From an uncultured Robbsia sp. (GTDB lineage Bacteria; Pseudomonadota; Gammaproteobacteria; Burkholderiales; Burkholderiaceae), in contig CAWUJR010000001.1 of the NCBI GenBank assembly GCA_963922375.1, forward strand, positions 1 to 45,464: a stretch of DNA of 45,464 bases, in the 5' to 3' direction. Each line of letters begins with the position of its first letter. Within the stretch, counting starts at the first letter, position 1. The notes beneath the pieces are model-generated. The model saw only the letters and a program-made list of their open reading frames with translations. It had not been told where the DNA came from and made no database searches. Made by a program: the position numbers and the translations under genes. This document shows positions 44,850 to 45,464 of this stretch, one piece after another.

Positions 44850-44865
44850 ATGGTATTTTCACGAC
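44850..44865 (-). promoter_or_regulatory. Putative late promoter element (TraR/DksA gene)
   Basis: Minus strand GTCGTGA-AAA-TACCAT-cttgtc-A; +1 is 44843. Confidence 0.72.
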
Positions 44866-45041
44866 TTGCTCATGCACACCAGCATCAATAACGTGGGAGG
44901 AATCCGTAAGTCGCGGACATCGTGCGCAGCATCCAGCATCTTGAGTTTCCGATACGCCACCGAGGCAACCGTCGCAAACTCGCGGCATCGGCAGGTTTCG
45001 AAGAGTTGGTGGGTGCCAGTGCATTTGCCCGATAAGATCAT
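44859..45041 (-). pseudogene. higB: Truncated HigB-family toxin
   Basis: MILS.KC..T.QLF..VAYRKLKMLDAA..V.DLRIPP matches the N-terminal half of HigB. The expected GNRLE.. continuation and higA are absent. Confidence 0.75.
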
Positions 45042-45079
45042 GTACGCCGTGTATCGCGCACGGGGTCACGGGTCACGTG

Positions 45080-45464
45080 TCAACGAGAATGCGGCTGTGC
45101 CACCGGTTCGACTAACTGCGGTCCTTCGTGGCGCGCATCGTTCACTTCTCGGCTGACCTCAAACCATTCAAACTCATCAATTGGACGTGCGCCGTCCTGA
45201 GCGATCTGCGTGGCGAGCTCGACTGGCGTATCGGTATCGAGCCACAGCACGGCGTCTTTCCAAGGTAGCGCTACCGGTCTGCGATCGTGGATGTCGACCA
45301 TGCCGGCGTCTGACTTGTCAGTTACGATCACCATACCGTCGACCATGCCGCCGTCGGGGCGCGGTCCGGACTCGCCTCCCTCATCAATGCTGCATAGGCC
45401 GGCAAGGAAAAGTGGGGCGCCGTCGCGCGGCCGGAGAAGGTAGGGTTGCTTTTTGCCATCGTCG
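45080..45464 (-). CDS. SRAP family protein (SOS response-associated peptidase, YedK/HMCES-like), 5'-partial
   Basis: IVT....GMVDIHDRRPV.L..WLD..FEW..VSR.VN.....GP.L.EP. Confidence 0.88.
   Translation of the reverse strand, partial: DDGKKQPYLLRPRDGAPLFLAGLCSIDEGGESGPRPDGGMVDGMVIVTDKSDAGMVDIHDRRPVALPWKDAVLWLDTDTPVELATQIAQDGARPIDEFEWFEVSREVNDARHEGPQLVEPVAQPHSR

Larger units (their letters stand above)
1..45464. mobile_element. Segment of a myovirus genome (prophage or phage-plasmid): packaging, head, neck, contractile tail, baseplate, fibres, lysis and accessory genes
   Basis: Terminase, portal, protease, capsid, sheath, tube, tape measure, baseplate, fibre and lysis genes occur in canonical order. 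No host housekeeping genes and no att sites are visible, and both window ends fall inside genes. Confidence 0.95.

Noticed and set aside
1-45464. CRISPR array, tRNA or rRNA genes, IS elements, introns or inteins
   Set aside because: I recognised no regularly spaced repeats, cloverleafs, transposases or splicing motifs by eye. The TCGTGA copies are dispersed rather than arrayed. tRNAscan-SE and Infernal were not run.

Overview
The whole window is a segment of a GC-rich tailed phage with a contractile tail (myovirus). It is probably a temperate phage or phage-plasmid of a betaproteobacterium; the host is my inference, and no integrase or replicon is visible. Gene order: a partial GNAT-like protein and an acidic partner; an unusual 873-aa terminase; a StbD/StbE-type (Phd/RelE) toxin-antitoxin pair; a leftward accessory operon with a Lar-like protein, an AT-hook protein and a PRPP-synthetase-like plus Nampt-like pair matching the NARP1 anti-defence pathway; a full head, neck, tail, baseplate, fibre and lysis module whose head and tail-chaperone motifs resemble SPO1/Twort-like phages; a TraR/DksA gene; a broken higB; and a partial SRAP gene. 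Main signals read directly from the DNA: (1) 12 copies, between genes or at gene boundaries, of a fixed-geometry element (G/T)TCGTGA-N3-[NA-N3-T]-N6-(+1) that looks like an activator-dependent late promoter, three of which put +1 on the A of an ATG (leaderless mRNAs); (2) a terminase made of a degenerate Terminase_6-type ATPase fused to an intact lambda-gpA-type terminase; (3) a prohead protease carrying a 20/26-identical copy of the capsid protein's N-terminal arm after the same K-S motif; (4) a likely +1 tail-chaperone frameshift; (5) a perfect 15-7-15 inverted repeat with lox-like geometry. All protein calls come from motif recognition by eye, with no database searches.
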